Source: Paraspadella gotoi (Eukaryota; Animalia; Chaetognatha). From it: 64,000 nt of DNA. Location of the stretch: positions 4,465,910 to 4,529,909 of the forward strand of contig CM119271.1 of assembly GCA_051294375.1 (NCBI GenBank), given 5' to 3'. Shown here in pieces: positions 36,618 through 48,360 of the stretch. Positions within the stretch are counted from its first letter, which is position 1. The number at the start of each line of letters is the position of its first letter. The notes beneath the pieces were generated by a model. That model saw only the letters and a list, made by a program, of their open reading frames with translations, did not search any database and was not told the origin of the DNA. The position numbers were made by a program, and so were the translations under genes.

Positions 36618-38692
36618 CGATCACTTCCTTAATGGTAAAACCCGTTTTTTGGCTTCCTCCCTCCCTCTGGCGGGGTCCGTGATTAACTTACCACCGGCCA
36701 AAAAAATGAGGGTAATTCCACGGACCTTCTGGCCCCTTATGCCCCGTTGGGCGTCTTGCGTCGACCCTACCTTCCCTAAACTCCGCTCCCTGAACCGCAT
36801 CCACACATTCTCGACGGCCTTCCTTCGCTCAGCCACCATCTCCCCTCGCCCCGACCCCAGTGGCACCGACGGGGGGGTCGTCGAGCGCTCGCGTGGATTC
36901 TCGCTTATCCATCGACTTTCGGGGCAAAGAAAAAAAAACAAGATTTAAAACGCGATGGATTTTTTTTTTTTTTTTTTGAGGGGAGAAGTGACTATCGAGA
37001 AAAACGAAACACAAAGCTTCGAATTTCGGTGTTAAGTTTGTTGAATATTGACTTCTGAATGTTAACTGTCAATATGTTAATAAATGTTAATAAATTCCTG
37101 ACGTGGAATACTAAATTTACATTTTTGTAACAATACAAAACGCGCTAAGCAATTTTTGATGCTTTAGTTGAAAGTTAAAACAAACACGAATCGTCTAGAC
37201 TCTTGGACAAATTAAAATAATAAAAATCAAAATTAAAGTTAACCATTAATAACTTACTAATTCATTTTGAGATGTTCAAACAGAAATATCTTACTATGAT
37301 TTTGATTGACGGGTCAGCTTCGGTATCACCTCTTATAATGGGAAATCACACGGTCAAATTTTCTTTTTGGGTCTATGAGAATATAAACTTTACTATTTCC
37401 AACGAATTAAAATGCACTATTTTTGTTTTTGTTTTGTTTTGCTTATTCCAGATATGATTCCATTTAATTAATGTTATCAGAATGCTGTCAGGGAAATGTC
37501 ATTTAAAGAAGGCGNNNNNNNNNNNNNNNNNNNNNNNNNNNNNNNNNNNNNNNNNNNNNNNNNNNNNNNNNNNNNNNNNNNNNNNNNNNNNNNNNNNNNN
37601 NNNNNNNNNNNNNNNNNNNNNNNNNNNNNNNNNNNNNNNNNNNNNNNNNNNNNNNNNNNNNNNNNNNNNNNNNNNNNNNNNNNNNNNNNNNNNNNNNNNN
37701 NNNNNNNNNNNNNNNNNNNNNNNNNNNNNNNNNNNNNNNNNNNNNNNNNNNNNNNNNNNNNNNNNNNNNNNNNNNNNNNNNNNNNNNNNNNNNNNNNNNN
37801 NNNNNNNNNNNNNNNNNNNNNNNNNNNNNNNNNNNNNNNNNNNNNNNNNNNNNNNNNNNNNNNNNNNNNNNNNNNNNNNNNNNNNNNNNNNNNNNNNNNN
37901 NNNNNNNNNNNNNNNNNNNNNNNNNNNNNNNNNNNNNNNNNNNNNNNNNNNNNNNNNNNNNNNNNNNNNNNNNNNNNNNNNNNNNNNNNNNNNNNNNNNN
38001 NNNNNNNNNNNNNNNNNNNNNNNNNNNNNNNNNNNNNNNNNNNNNNNNNNNNNNNNNNNNNNNNNNNNNNNNNNNNNNNNNNNNNNNNNNNNNNNNNNNN
38101 NNNNNNNNNNNNNNNNNNNNNNNNNNNNNNNNNNNNNNNNNNNNNNNNNNNNNNNNNNNNNNNNNNNNNNNNNNNNNNNNNNNNNNNNNNNNNNNNNNNN
38201 NNNNNNNNNNNNNNNNNNNNNNNNNNNNNNNNNNNNNNNNNNNNNNNNNNNNNNNNNNNNNNNNNNNNNNNNNNNNNNNNNNNNNNNNNNNNNNNNNNNN
38301 NNNNNNNNNNNNNNNNNNNNNNNNNNNNNNNNNNNNNNNNNNNNNNNNNNNNNNNNNNNNNNNNNNNNNNNNNNNNNNNNNNNNNNNNNNNNNNNNNNNN
38401 NNNNNNNNNNNNNNNNNNNNNNNNNNNNNNNNNNNNNNNNNNNNNNNNNNNNNNNNNNNNNNNNNNNNNNNNNNNNNNNNNNNNNNNNNNNNNNNNNNNN
38501 NNNNNNNNCTTCTACTCTTTCACTTAACCCTCTTTTCGTAAACCCTTCACAATTCACATTCAATTTTCTTCTCTCTCACACCTTTTCTCAAACGTCACAG
38601 TTTTTCCTCCGACCTTTCACACGGAAACCCTTTACCAAAATTCGTTCACTCAACCGTTTCAAATCATATTTTTACTTCTCTTCAACCCAATC

Positions 38693-39675
38693 TTTTTAGT
38701 TGCGCCGCGAGTACTCGCGGAGCAACTNNNNNNNNNNNNNNNNNNNNNNNNNNNNNNNNNNNNNNNNNNNNNNNNNNNNNNNNNNNNNNNNNNNNNNNNN
38801 NNNNNNNNNNNNNNNNNNNNNNNNNNNNNNNNNNNNNNNNNNNNNNNNNNNNNNNNNNNNNNNNNNNNNNNNNNNNNNNNNNNNNNNNNNNNNNNNNNNN
38901 NNNNNNNNNNNNNNNNNNNNNNNNNNNNNNNNNNNNNNNNNNNNNNNNNNNNNNNNNNNNNNNNNNNNNATAGAATACATACAAACAAAAGTATCCATTC
39001 ATTCAATAATCTATCTTTGGGAATGCTATGTTAAGGTCTCCTTTCTTCTTACAACCCCCTTTTAAGCTTTCCTATCAATGAAGTGGTATAATGTTTTTAT
39101 CAACTGTTTTAGTAATAACCACTCTCTAGAAGAAGAAGAAAATGATTCCAGAATCCATATTCCCAATTATCTCGCTTAATTCCCCGCTCGTAACCCAAAC
39201 TAAAAAACTCGGACATATCTCTCACTAATTGATGGTCAAGAAGAAAGTCACGACGTTTCCCCCATAAAAAAATCCCATTCTTCCGCCCATTCCCGACCCC
39301 GCTTAACTCCTCCCCCTTCCATTCCCCACAAATATCCAACGAACATCACGACTCCATTCTTAAGTCCCTCCCCTTCGCTTTCCCGTCCTAATCGTTTCTN
39401 NNNNNNNNNNNNNNNNNNNNNNNNNNNNNNNNNNNNNNNNNNNNNNNNNNNNNNNNNNNNNNNNNNNNNNNNNNNNNNNNNNNNNNNNNNNNNNNNNNNN
39501 NNNNNNNNNNNNNNNNNNNNNCTGCAGTGCGTGTCATAAATACACAGGCTTAGAAAGTTATCGTAGACATTGTAATAATGTCATGTCGCGTCATGTCATA
39601 TCACGTCATCTCATGTCATGAGTAATACACATACCAGTCACTGCGGCGCAATACCATTTGAATTACCGTTCTTGT
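38693..39675 (+). mobile_element. Pieces of the same HINE-like family, interrupted by gaps
   Basis: 5' hairpin TTTTTAGTTGCGCCGCGAGTACTCGCGGAGCAACT at 38693-38727. The 3' segment 39522-39675 (GTGTCATAAATACAC...AGTCACTGCGGCGCAA...TCTTGTT) matches the reverse complement of 9110-9205. The two pieces may belong to different copies. Confidence 0.5.
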
Positions 39676-40946
39676 TTTTTCCCGACCCGCTCAAAAATCC
39701 CACCTCCCCTCACCTGTGCGACATTTGAGACAATGGCCGCTGTAATTGCCTCAAGATTCCCGAATCATTTTTATGCCCTTATCTCCGCGGAAAGATTTTT
39801 TTTTTCCCCTCTCATGATCTCATTCAGGAAATGGCCTTTTCCATTCTGATCCCTTTTTTTCGGGGGCTATTTCGTACCAGCTCTTTCGTTTGCATTCTTA
39901 ATGTTTTAATATTATGTTAAATTTACCTTTCTTCGTTTCATTTTCTTCCTGAATATACCTTATCCAACATTTAACGTGCCAAGATCTTTTTCTTAACTTC
40001 CCAATTAAGAATAAAATATCCGAACCCCGAATCTTCGTTCATCAATCCCTCGTCTCTAGTCCTCAGATCCCAGTCCCCAGTTCCCAGTCCCCGATCCCCA
40101 GTCTCCATTCGTTGAACCCTCTTCTTCGCCATTTGCCCGGAAACATGCGAGAGTCATTCACGTCGGAATCTCGCCGATCAACTTCTCATTTCTAAGAAAT
40201 CTCGTGACCCACTTTTCGGCCTTCGTAAAAATGACCATCAGTTTCTGACTGAGAGAGCGTCTCTAAGATCTCCAACGTAGGGGGCGTCGGAAGCGGCAGA
40301 GCGGCAGCGGAATCGGCTGCGTCGGAAGCGGCAGAGCGGCAGCGGAATTGGCTGCGTCCGAATAGAATAGAGCGGTATAGAAATGATGAGCAAGGTCCCT
40401 GGTTCGAGGCTGATGTCTGGAATTTTTGCATTTCTTTTAAAACTTACTCTCGCGATGTGAGTTCATCGCTGTTAAATCAACGGCTCTCTTTTCCAAAGAG
40501 CACCGTTTCTGTTCCTTAATCCTTGAATTTAATTTTAACCTTAATATTTAAATATAATCCGTTACCAAACTACTTAATTTTGAATTTAAAACGAATTGGG
40601 GCGTTCTGAGAAAATAAAGCCAAATCGGCTTGGAATCACCAGGAGCTAACCCATCCCTCCTGCACGACTGTTTTTAAACCGGAAACAACAACTACAACAA
40701 CAACAACCGACGGACGACCGGATCTGCAGAAGATGTTGCCTTTGAAGCTGAGTCGGTGGCGGCGCTGCGATCGCTATGAGTAAAGGAAGAATTTATGGAC
40801 GGTGAAGAGTCAACGATTAGGAGGGCAGAGCGGGGGAAGAGGAATGAAGAGGAGGAAGGGTGTGGGGAGAGGGAGAAAGGAAGAGGGGAAGTAAAAGAAG
40901 AATAGGGAAATGTTGAAAGGGAGAGAGGGGGAAAAAGAGGTAAGGG

Positions 40947-40987
<41 letters not shown>

Positions 40988-43900
40988 GAAGAGGGGAAGA
41001 GGGGAAGTAAAAGAATAATAGTGAAATGTTGAAAGGGAGAGAGGGGGAAACATAAAAAGAGATAGGGGGAAACAGAAAAAGGGATAGGGAGAGAGAGAGA
41101 GAGAGAGAGTGAGAGAGAGAGAGAGTATGGTAGGGAAGGAGAGAAAAGGGGAAGCATAGATTTGAGAGAAAGGTGTGTGTTGAGAAATAAAGGTGTATTA
41201 AAGAGAGAGCGGAGAAGCAGACGGAAAAAAAATTGAAAAGAGAAAGAGAAAGAGAGAAAGTCCGAAAGAAGTTTTTACGATCTGAAAATGATAAAAAATG
41301 ATCTGTTTAAGGGGGAACGATCTAATGTTTCTTCCTCTTTATTAGGCAATAAATTTCGTCAGGAAGATTGAAAAAAAAAAAGAAATCTTGTCTTATTTAA
41401 AAACAAGAAAGTTTTTTCTTTTTCTAGAACATTTTTTTTTCTACGCGCATTAAAATTTCTTTTCATTTCTTCTCTCTCTCTCTNNNNNNNNNNNNNNNNN
41501 NNNNNNNNNNNNNNNNNNNNNNNNNNNNNNNNNNNNNNNNNNNNNNNNNNNNNNNNNNNNNNNNNNNNNNNNNNNNNNNNNNNNNNNNNNNNNNNNNNNN
41601 NNNNNNNNNNNNNNNNNNNNNNNNNNNNNNNNNNNNNNNNNNNNNNNNNNNNNNNNNNNNNNNNNNNNNNNNNNNNNNNNNNNNNNNNNNNNNNNNNNNN
41701 NNNNNNNNNNNNNNNNNNNNNNNNNNNNNNNNNNNNNNNNNCCGCCGCCCGCCGCCCGGAAAGAAATTAAATTAATCCCGAACCAAAATCCATTTGTTGA
41801 CGAAAACCGGGGACGTCACTTTTTTTTTTCTCGCCGAGCGGGGGACAATTACTTGGACTAATCGCTCGTCGATGTCGTCGTCGTTGTTGTCGTTGTCATC
41901 GTCGTTTTGTTTCCGTCTTGTCGTAACTGACAATTCTATTGTGATTCATATTCGCTGTCATCCTCGTCCTTGTCTTCTTCAATGTCATAGTCATCTTTGA
42001 TGTCATCCTGCTTGTCATCGTCATGGTCATCTACGTAGTAATCATCTTCGTCGTCGTTTTCATCGTTTTCTTCAGCGTCATCGATATCTTCGTGGTCATC
42101 TTCCTTGTCGTCGTCATGGTCATCTACATAGCAGGCTTCTTCGTCGTCCTTATCATCGTCGTCGTCATCCTCTTTTTCATCTTCCTAGTCGTCGTCATGG
42201 TCATCTCCATAGTCATCATCATAGTCGCTATCATCGTCGTCNNNNNNNNNNNNNNNNNNNNNNNNNNNNNNNNNNNNNNNNNNNNNNNNNNNNNNNNNNN
42301 NNNNNNNNNNNNNNNNNNNNNNNNNNNNNNNNNNNNNNNNNNNNNNNNNNNNNNNNNNNNNNNNNNNNNNNNNNNNNNNNNNNNNNNNNNNNNNNNNNNN
42401 NNNNNNNNNNNNNNNNNNNNNNNNNNNNNNNNNNNNNNNNNNNNNNNNNNNNNNNNNNNNNNNNNNNNNNNNNNNNNNNNNNNNNNNNNNNNNNNNNNNN
42501 NNNNNNNNNNNNNNNNNNNNNNNNNNNNNACGACGTCACGCTTTTTCTTTCGCTCATTTTCGTCCGTCAATTTTCGTATTAAATATTTGGTAACATACGT
42601 ATTAGGCGCTTTTAAATTGTCTGGCCTTTTAAACTCACCACTGCCTTTTCCAAATTTATGAAGCAAGACAACAACAATCGATATAAATCTCATAACTCAT
42701 ATTAAATCCGGTAGCAGTCGCTCCTTGCTACCAGAGGATCGATTTGCGGCCTGAAAGATTTACTGCCACGCGTTCGAATATCCTCGTAATCCGGTTAAAT
42801 CGCGTGATCGGGCGTCGACCAGCGACGCTTTTTTGATCGCGAGATTCGTGATTCGCGGTTTACGGTCGCGTCAAAGGAAATCTTACGAGGGCGTGAGAGG
42901 AGGAGATGGTGAAGTGAATGAGGTGAAGAGCGGAGGTCGTCGAGATAAAAAATAGCGGAGGAAATGAGATGAATCGCATTTATTGAAATAAGCGAACGGA
43001 ATCGAAATTGTGACTTGCATCCGATTTAGATTCTTGAGTTAGATTCCTCTGCCATGGTAAATAATTCTAAAAATAATATCCAAATGAGGTAAAGTTCTGC
43101 GGCCGACGTTTGAACATATAATAATACCAGGATATCCAATGGAGTTTGGAATAAACAGACGGGGGATCGCTAACGATCCCCGTTACGATCCCCTCGTCAT
43201 CCCCGATTTCTCAAGTGGTCGAAGTGATCTTTAAACCCACAACACGTGACGCTCACCTCCGAACGGTAAGATCAAAGGGAATTCGCTTAAATCAAAGTCG
43301 ATGGCGGTTAGATGAAAGAGAAAATGGCGGTTATATCAAATCGAACTGCGGAAGATTCGAAGCGAAGGAGAAAGGTCAAAGGCGACTGCATCGACATAAC
43401 CTGGATCACTGTCAATTCTAACCCAATTCTAACCAAACTTTCTAACCCAAGGTTTCTCCCAACCTCGGATTATCCAAATGCTGCATAGATTCCGATTTTT
43501 ACATTTAAACTATACGTCGATTCTAAGCCTGACACTAAATCACGTTGGATCTTCATGATCTCAACTCGCATGACACTTGCCCCGCGACGTCGTCTAAAAA
43601 TTCACTTCTGACCCCAAACGTCATTTCACTTCTGACCCTTCCGTCATTTCGCGTCATTTAGCGTCATTTCCGGTTCACTAACGACCTACGCGTCTCAATG
43701 AGAAATCGAGATGCGGCGTCACGAATCGTTAATGAGAATCTCGGTCGAAAAAAAAGTGACGTCGTTAATGATGTCCTCAAATCCGCGAAAAAGATTAGCG
43801 ATATTTCGTGACGTCATTGGCGATGCTCTTAAAAAGAACAAAACTGTTCTTTTTTTTTTCGTGCTGTACAGTTTTAGTTTAAATAAATATTTATCATTTT

Positions 43901-44206
43901 AAACCAGATGTGTGTGTGTGTGAGAGAGAGAGAGNNNNNNNNNNNNNNNNNNNNNNNNNNNNNNNNNNNNNNNNNNNNNNNNNNNNNNNNNNNNNNNNNN
44001 NNNNNNNNNNNNNNNNNNNNNNNNNNNNNNNNNNNNNNNNNNNNNNNNNNNNNNNNNNNNNNNNNNNNNNNNNNNNNNNNNNNNNNNNNNNNNNNNNNNN
44101 NNNNNNNNNNNNNNNNNNNNNNNNNNNNNNNNNNNNNNNNNNNNNNNNNNTGCCATGCGGACGATCGTCGTAGAGTTCCCCTCGTCCCGCTCCGACAACT
44201 CGAAGA

Positions 44207-44298
44207 GACGTCAAACTGACGTCTAAATTGACGTCAAACTGACGTCTAAATTGACGTCAAACTGACGTCTAAACTGACGTCTAAGTTGACGTCAAAGA
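44207..44298. repeat. Short tandem array of TGACGTC-containing 11-12 bp units
   Basis: Alternating TGACGTCAAAC and TGACGTCTAAAT units, about 8 in total. Confidence 0.85.
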
Positions 44299-45439
44299 CG
44301 CGGATAACGTCGTCGACGTCGTCTTCGAATTACGTCCTTGAATCGGACGCTTTACTCGCTTCGATCGTTACTCCTCTTTATGGCCTCGCAATGCGCTGAA
44401 TTGTCGCCAAGGTAACCATCAAAGGATCTCATCGATTTGCAACTTGCCCCTTTTTTTTCATGAGTAGATGTAGAGTAAGAGAGAGAAGAAGCGAGGATAA
44501 CGAAGAGAGAGAGAGAGAGAGAAGAGAGATGTTGCTGCGGACGAATCCGTCCGTAGAGTTCCTCTCGTCACGCTCCGACAAACTCGTATACTGAGTTATC
44601 GTCAAACTGAGGCGGGTCTCAATTGACGCAAACTGCAAACACGCTTCTAACATTAATGAACGGTATCCGCAAGAATTGTCGCTTCCTATAAGTTCCATGA
44701 CGTCTAAAGTTGACGTCATAGACGACGCCTGGAATAACGTCGTGACGTCGTTGCCTTTCGCATTAGATGTAGACGCGTTTGGGACAACAAAGAGAAGGGT
44801 GCCCATGCGAATAACACTTGGACAGTCCGTGCGAGAAACGTAACTGTATTTTTGGAGGCGACTTCTAATCCCTCTAATTTGGAGTATTCATTGTGTTATT
44901 CGAAACTTCGTTAACTCTTTTCTTTATTCACTCTCCTCCTTTCTTCTATGCTGACCAGGGACCATCTTCGTCGCCACAATCAAACCAACGACGGTCGAGG
45001 GCGAGTCGTCTGCGCGCGCAGAGTGGCGCGACTGGAATTGGTCCGCCAGAAGCAAACATTGAAGGGTCGCCAGCCAATCCCAATATTGGCCATCTCAATC
45101 CACGATTTGCAACCTTGCCTCAACCCACCCCACTCCCTTTTTTTTGTGTGTGTGTGTGTGAGCTCTTTTGTTCTTTATCCTGTTTTCTCTTTTTTTTTCT
45201 GTGCGCTTACCTCCGTATTTANNNNNNNNNNNNNNNNNNNNNNNNNTTTTTTTTTATTATCTGTTTTAACCTTCCTTTTTTTGACTTTCCGCCCTTTTCC
45301 TTTTCTGTTCCCTTTTCCTTTACTGTTCCTTTTTCCTTTTCTGTTACTTTTTCCTTCTCTTTCGAATCTATCATAAGAGTTTCTCTCAATTGTCAGCCTT
45401 ATGGATTCTCGTTGCCAACCTTCTCTTTTAAGTTTAGAT

Positions 45440-45890
45440 TCTCTATTCCTTTTCTATTCTCTATTTCTTTTCGATTGTCAATTCCTTTTCTATTCTCTAT
45501 TTCTTTTCTATTCTCAATTCCTTTTCTATTCTCAATACCTTTTCTATTCTCAATACCTTTTCTATTCTCTATTCCTTTTCTATTCTCTATTCTCTTTCAA
45601 TTCTCTCTTCTTTTTCTATTCTCAATTCCTTTTCTGTTCTCAATTCCTTTTCTATTCTCAATTCCTTTTCTATTCTCAATACCTTTNNNNNNNNNNNNNN
45701 NNNNNNNNNNNATGCTGAATAGAGAAATAGAAAAGGAATTGAGAAATAGAAAGGAATAAAAAAGGAAAAGAAAGGAATTGGAGGAATGGAAAAGGAATAT
45801 AGAGTAGAAGGAATCTGAGAATAGAAAAGGTATTGAGAATAGAAAAAGGAATTGGAAAATGAAAGGAATTGAGAAACAGAAAGAGTGACA
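45440..45890. repeat. 18-bp minisatellite (ATTCCTTTTCTATTCTCA)n; orientation flips across the 25-N gap; another copy at ~51920-52030
   Basis: Direct reading of units at 45440-45686 and reverse-complement units GAGAATAGAAAAGGAATT at 45712-45890. Confidence 0.85.
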
Positions 45891-47120
45891 CAGAACACAC
45901 AGACACAACGCACACTTGAAAAAAACGAGATAGAAATAGAAAGGGCATAGGGAGAATAGTAAAGGGTATTGGAGAAATCGGAAGTTTGGAAATAGACCGG
46001 AAATTGGGAATCGTTAGGCTGCAACTGCTTCAAATTCAGTGTAGATTCATTGTAGCTCGATTTTCTTTACCATCTTATTACTTTACTGAAGATTTTTTGC
46101 TTCATGACTGGAAAACAACAGAGTAACGAGATTAAATTGGTTTATTTCTCCCCCTCCGGCCCTTCTAAAAAAAGGCTATAAGCAGAATTGAAGGCAATAT
46201 AAGAAGGCCGAATTGAACAATCGGAAAAGGAAATTAGAGAATAGAAAGGAATTAGGGGAGATAAACTAAAGAGGGAGTGTGTTTAAGTATTATCGGCTAA
46301 TGGGTGGAAGACATCTATTGCCATAATATAGTGTTTTATTGACCGATATCCTCGAGAGAAGTTAGAAAAAACACCTAAATCTTCTTATAGAATAAGATTG
46401 TTGCTCTCTGAAAGAGAAGCATGAAATAATAGATCATAGCAGAAAATGTGAGATACAAAAAGTGTTGTAGTGTATAAATTTAACGGACCACAAATGTGGT
46501 ATACAAGAAAAAAATATATTGTGGAAAAAGGGAGGAGACAGAATCATATAGAACAGGGAAGGTTTCGCAAAAAACTAGAATTAATAGAAAAAAATATTAT
46601 GTATGTATAGTTAGCTGAATAAATACTAAAAAAAAAAACAGGGATTTGGATTGCTATAATGAGGGGTAAAAAAATGCTTTCACACTTCCTCGATGATACA
46701 CACATTCAACGCTCTCAAAACACAGAGGGAAGTTTGCAAATAATAGAAATTGAGATCGGATTATTGGATGTGTTTAGCTCTATGTGGGCGACAATCCACG
46801 CTCCATGTGCAGGTGACCGCCATTATTAGTGACCGCGTCTTTAAACGCATTTCGGAACACACGAGAGATTATTTAGCGTTAACATACACCTATATATCAA
46901 GAACGGTTAATATACGGAAGAAGGAAGAGTAATTCGGCTCAGAAGCGGAAGTTATTCAAAACAGACACAATCGGTATGGTCTTCTTGTTGGGACCTGCTC
47001 AACTTATGACTCAGTAGAGATCTGTTCTGTTCATCTGAGATGTAAATTGATAGGTCACGTCAGTGTTGGGGACGTCAATTTAGATTACCGACTTTTTTCA
47101 AGTTTGTTAGTAGTATAAGT

Positions 47121-47259
47121 TATTTCGATCCACTTCTGTGTGTTCTGTCTCTCTCGGGAGCGCGGCGTACGGCAGGGGAACTCTTTATCGACGATGGGAT
47201 CCCGCATGAGCACAAGATGGGTATTCTCTTCGCCGTCGTTCTCAATCAAAGTCAAAAAA
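47121..47259 (+). CDS. Exon fragment of a glycoside hydrolase family 31 alpha-glucosidase (glucosidase II alpha / GANAB-GANC-like C-terminus), error-rich
   Basis: Reads FDPLLCVLSLSGARRTAGELFIDDGIPHEHKMG, then YSLRR/FSIK in shifted frames, with a GTAAGA donor. This matches the GH31 pattern DPxTLxVxL...AxGELFxDDG...LRRFSF. A weaker PIYQ...RKKE fragment lies at ~46880-46950. Confidence 0.6.
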
Positions 47260-48250
47260 GTAAGATACAATATCTCAATAAATTTTGAATACTATATTTT
47301 CTCTAAGTACACGATTTCTAATTTTAATAGAGAAGAAAAATTTGAGAAAGGAAGCAAAGTTTTTTTGTTTTTTCGATTTATTGATTACACTAATGTCAAG
47401 TCGTAAAAAAAAATTAAAGGGAGGATGGGGGGGCGGGTGGGGGACGCAATTTCGTTTGTTTTTTTGCCATTTCTTCTCTCTGTGTTCATCTTCTAACACG
47501 TTCTCCTCCTAGAAAAATCTTATCTTACATTGTATTGTTTTGCCTCCTCTTTGAGGTTTTTAATTTCCTTCCTCTTCTCTTATTTCTTTCCGCTGGTTAT
47601 TTGGACGCATTATAACTTTCCGTCCCGATTATTGGATTAATATCTCGATTTAGATCACTTCAAACTTACTTCTTAGTCGACGAAGCACGTCAACGACGAT
47701 CGTGATATACGCGTCTCGACTTTGACGACTAGAGAACTCTAACGACATGCAACTCAGCTTTCTCGCCATACCGGGCAAAAATGAAACAACTAAAACTTAT
47801 ACTTAATCATTTTTAAATAAATCTAAAATTTTTTTCCCCCAACAAACAAAAAAAAGTAGATAACGAAAACTGATGATGATGATGAAGTCACTTCAGCTTT
47901 GTCATAACTGGACACACTATTACCTTCACAAGCAATGAAAAGACGACGAACGTGAGGACATTAAACACGTCTACCGTGTTGACAACTGACGTAAATAAAG
48001 GAACAACGCTCTGCAAACCGACGAAATCTGGGAGACCGTAAATTGCTTCAAAATGAAACGTTTCCGGTTACGGAGAGCGAAAGTAGATGGACGGCAACTT
48101 ACCACTTCCATCAGGACCGGCCGACACACAGTGACAACCCACAATAAGAGGGGTAAACTGGAAAGTCCAAAAAAAAGGGACCGCCGGACTTTTGGCGGGT
48201 GACTGATGAATGAAGGCGGCGCTGGAGGCGGGGCGGGCCGTTCATTTGAG

Positions 48251-48360
48251 ACGGAGCGGCGGAACCGGGAACTTTGGGTTCGCGTTCGTTGATGAGTGGA
48301 TAAGAGAAAGGGCTGCTCCTGGTCGGTGTTGGATCCTGCGAGAGAAAGGTGGAGTTTGTT
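48251..48360 (+). CDS. Probable next GH31 exon, error-rich
   Basis: SGGTGNFGFAFVDEWI plus frameshifted EKGLLLVGVGS resembles the glucosidase II alpha segment G-x-F...WIERVVIIG that follows the GELFxDDG motif. Confidence 0.35.

Noticed and set aside
37482-38699. ORFs of 343-405 aa
   Set aside because: They span an N gap; the same applies to all X-filled ORFs.
41870-42241. Hydrophobic V/I-rich ORF resembling a membrane protein
   Set aside because: It is a degenerate (TCA/TCG)n microsatellite.
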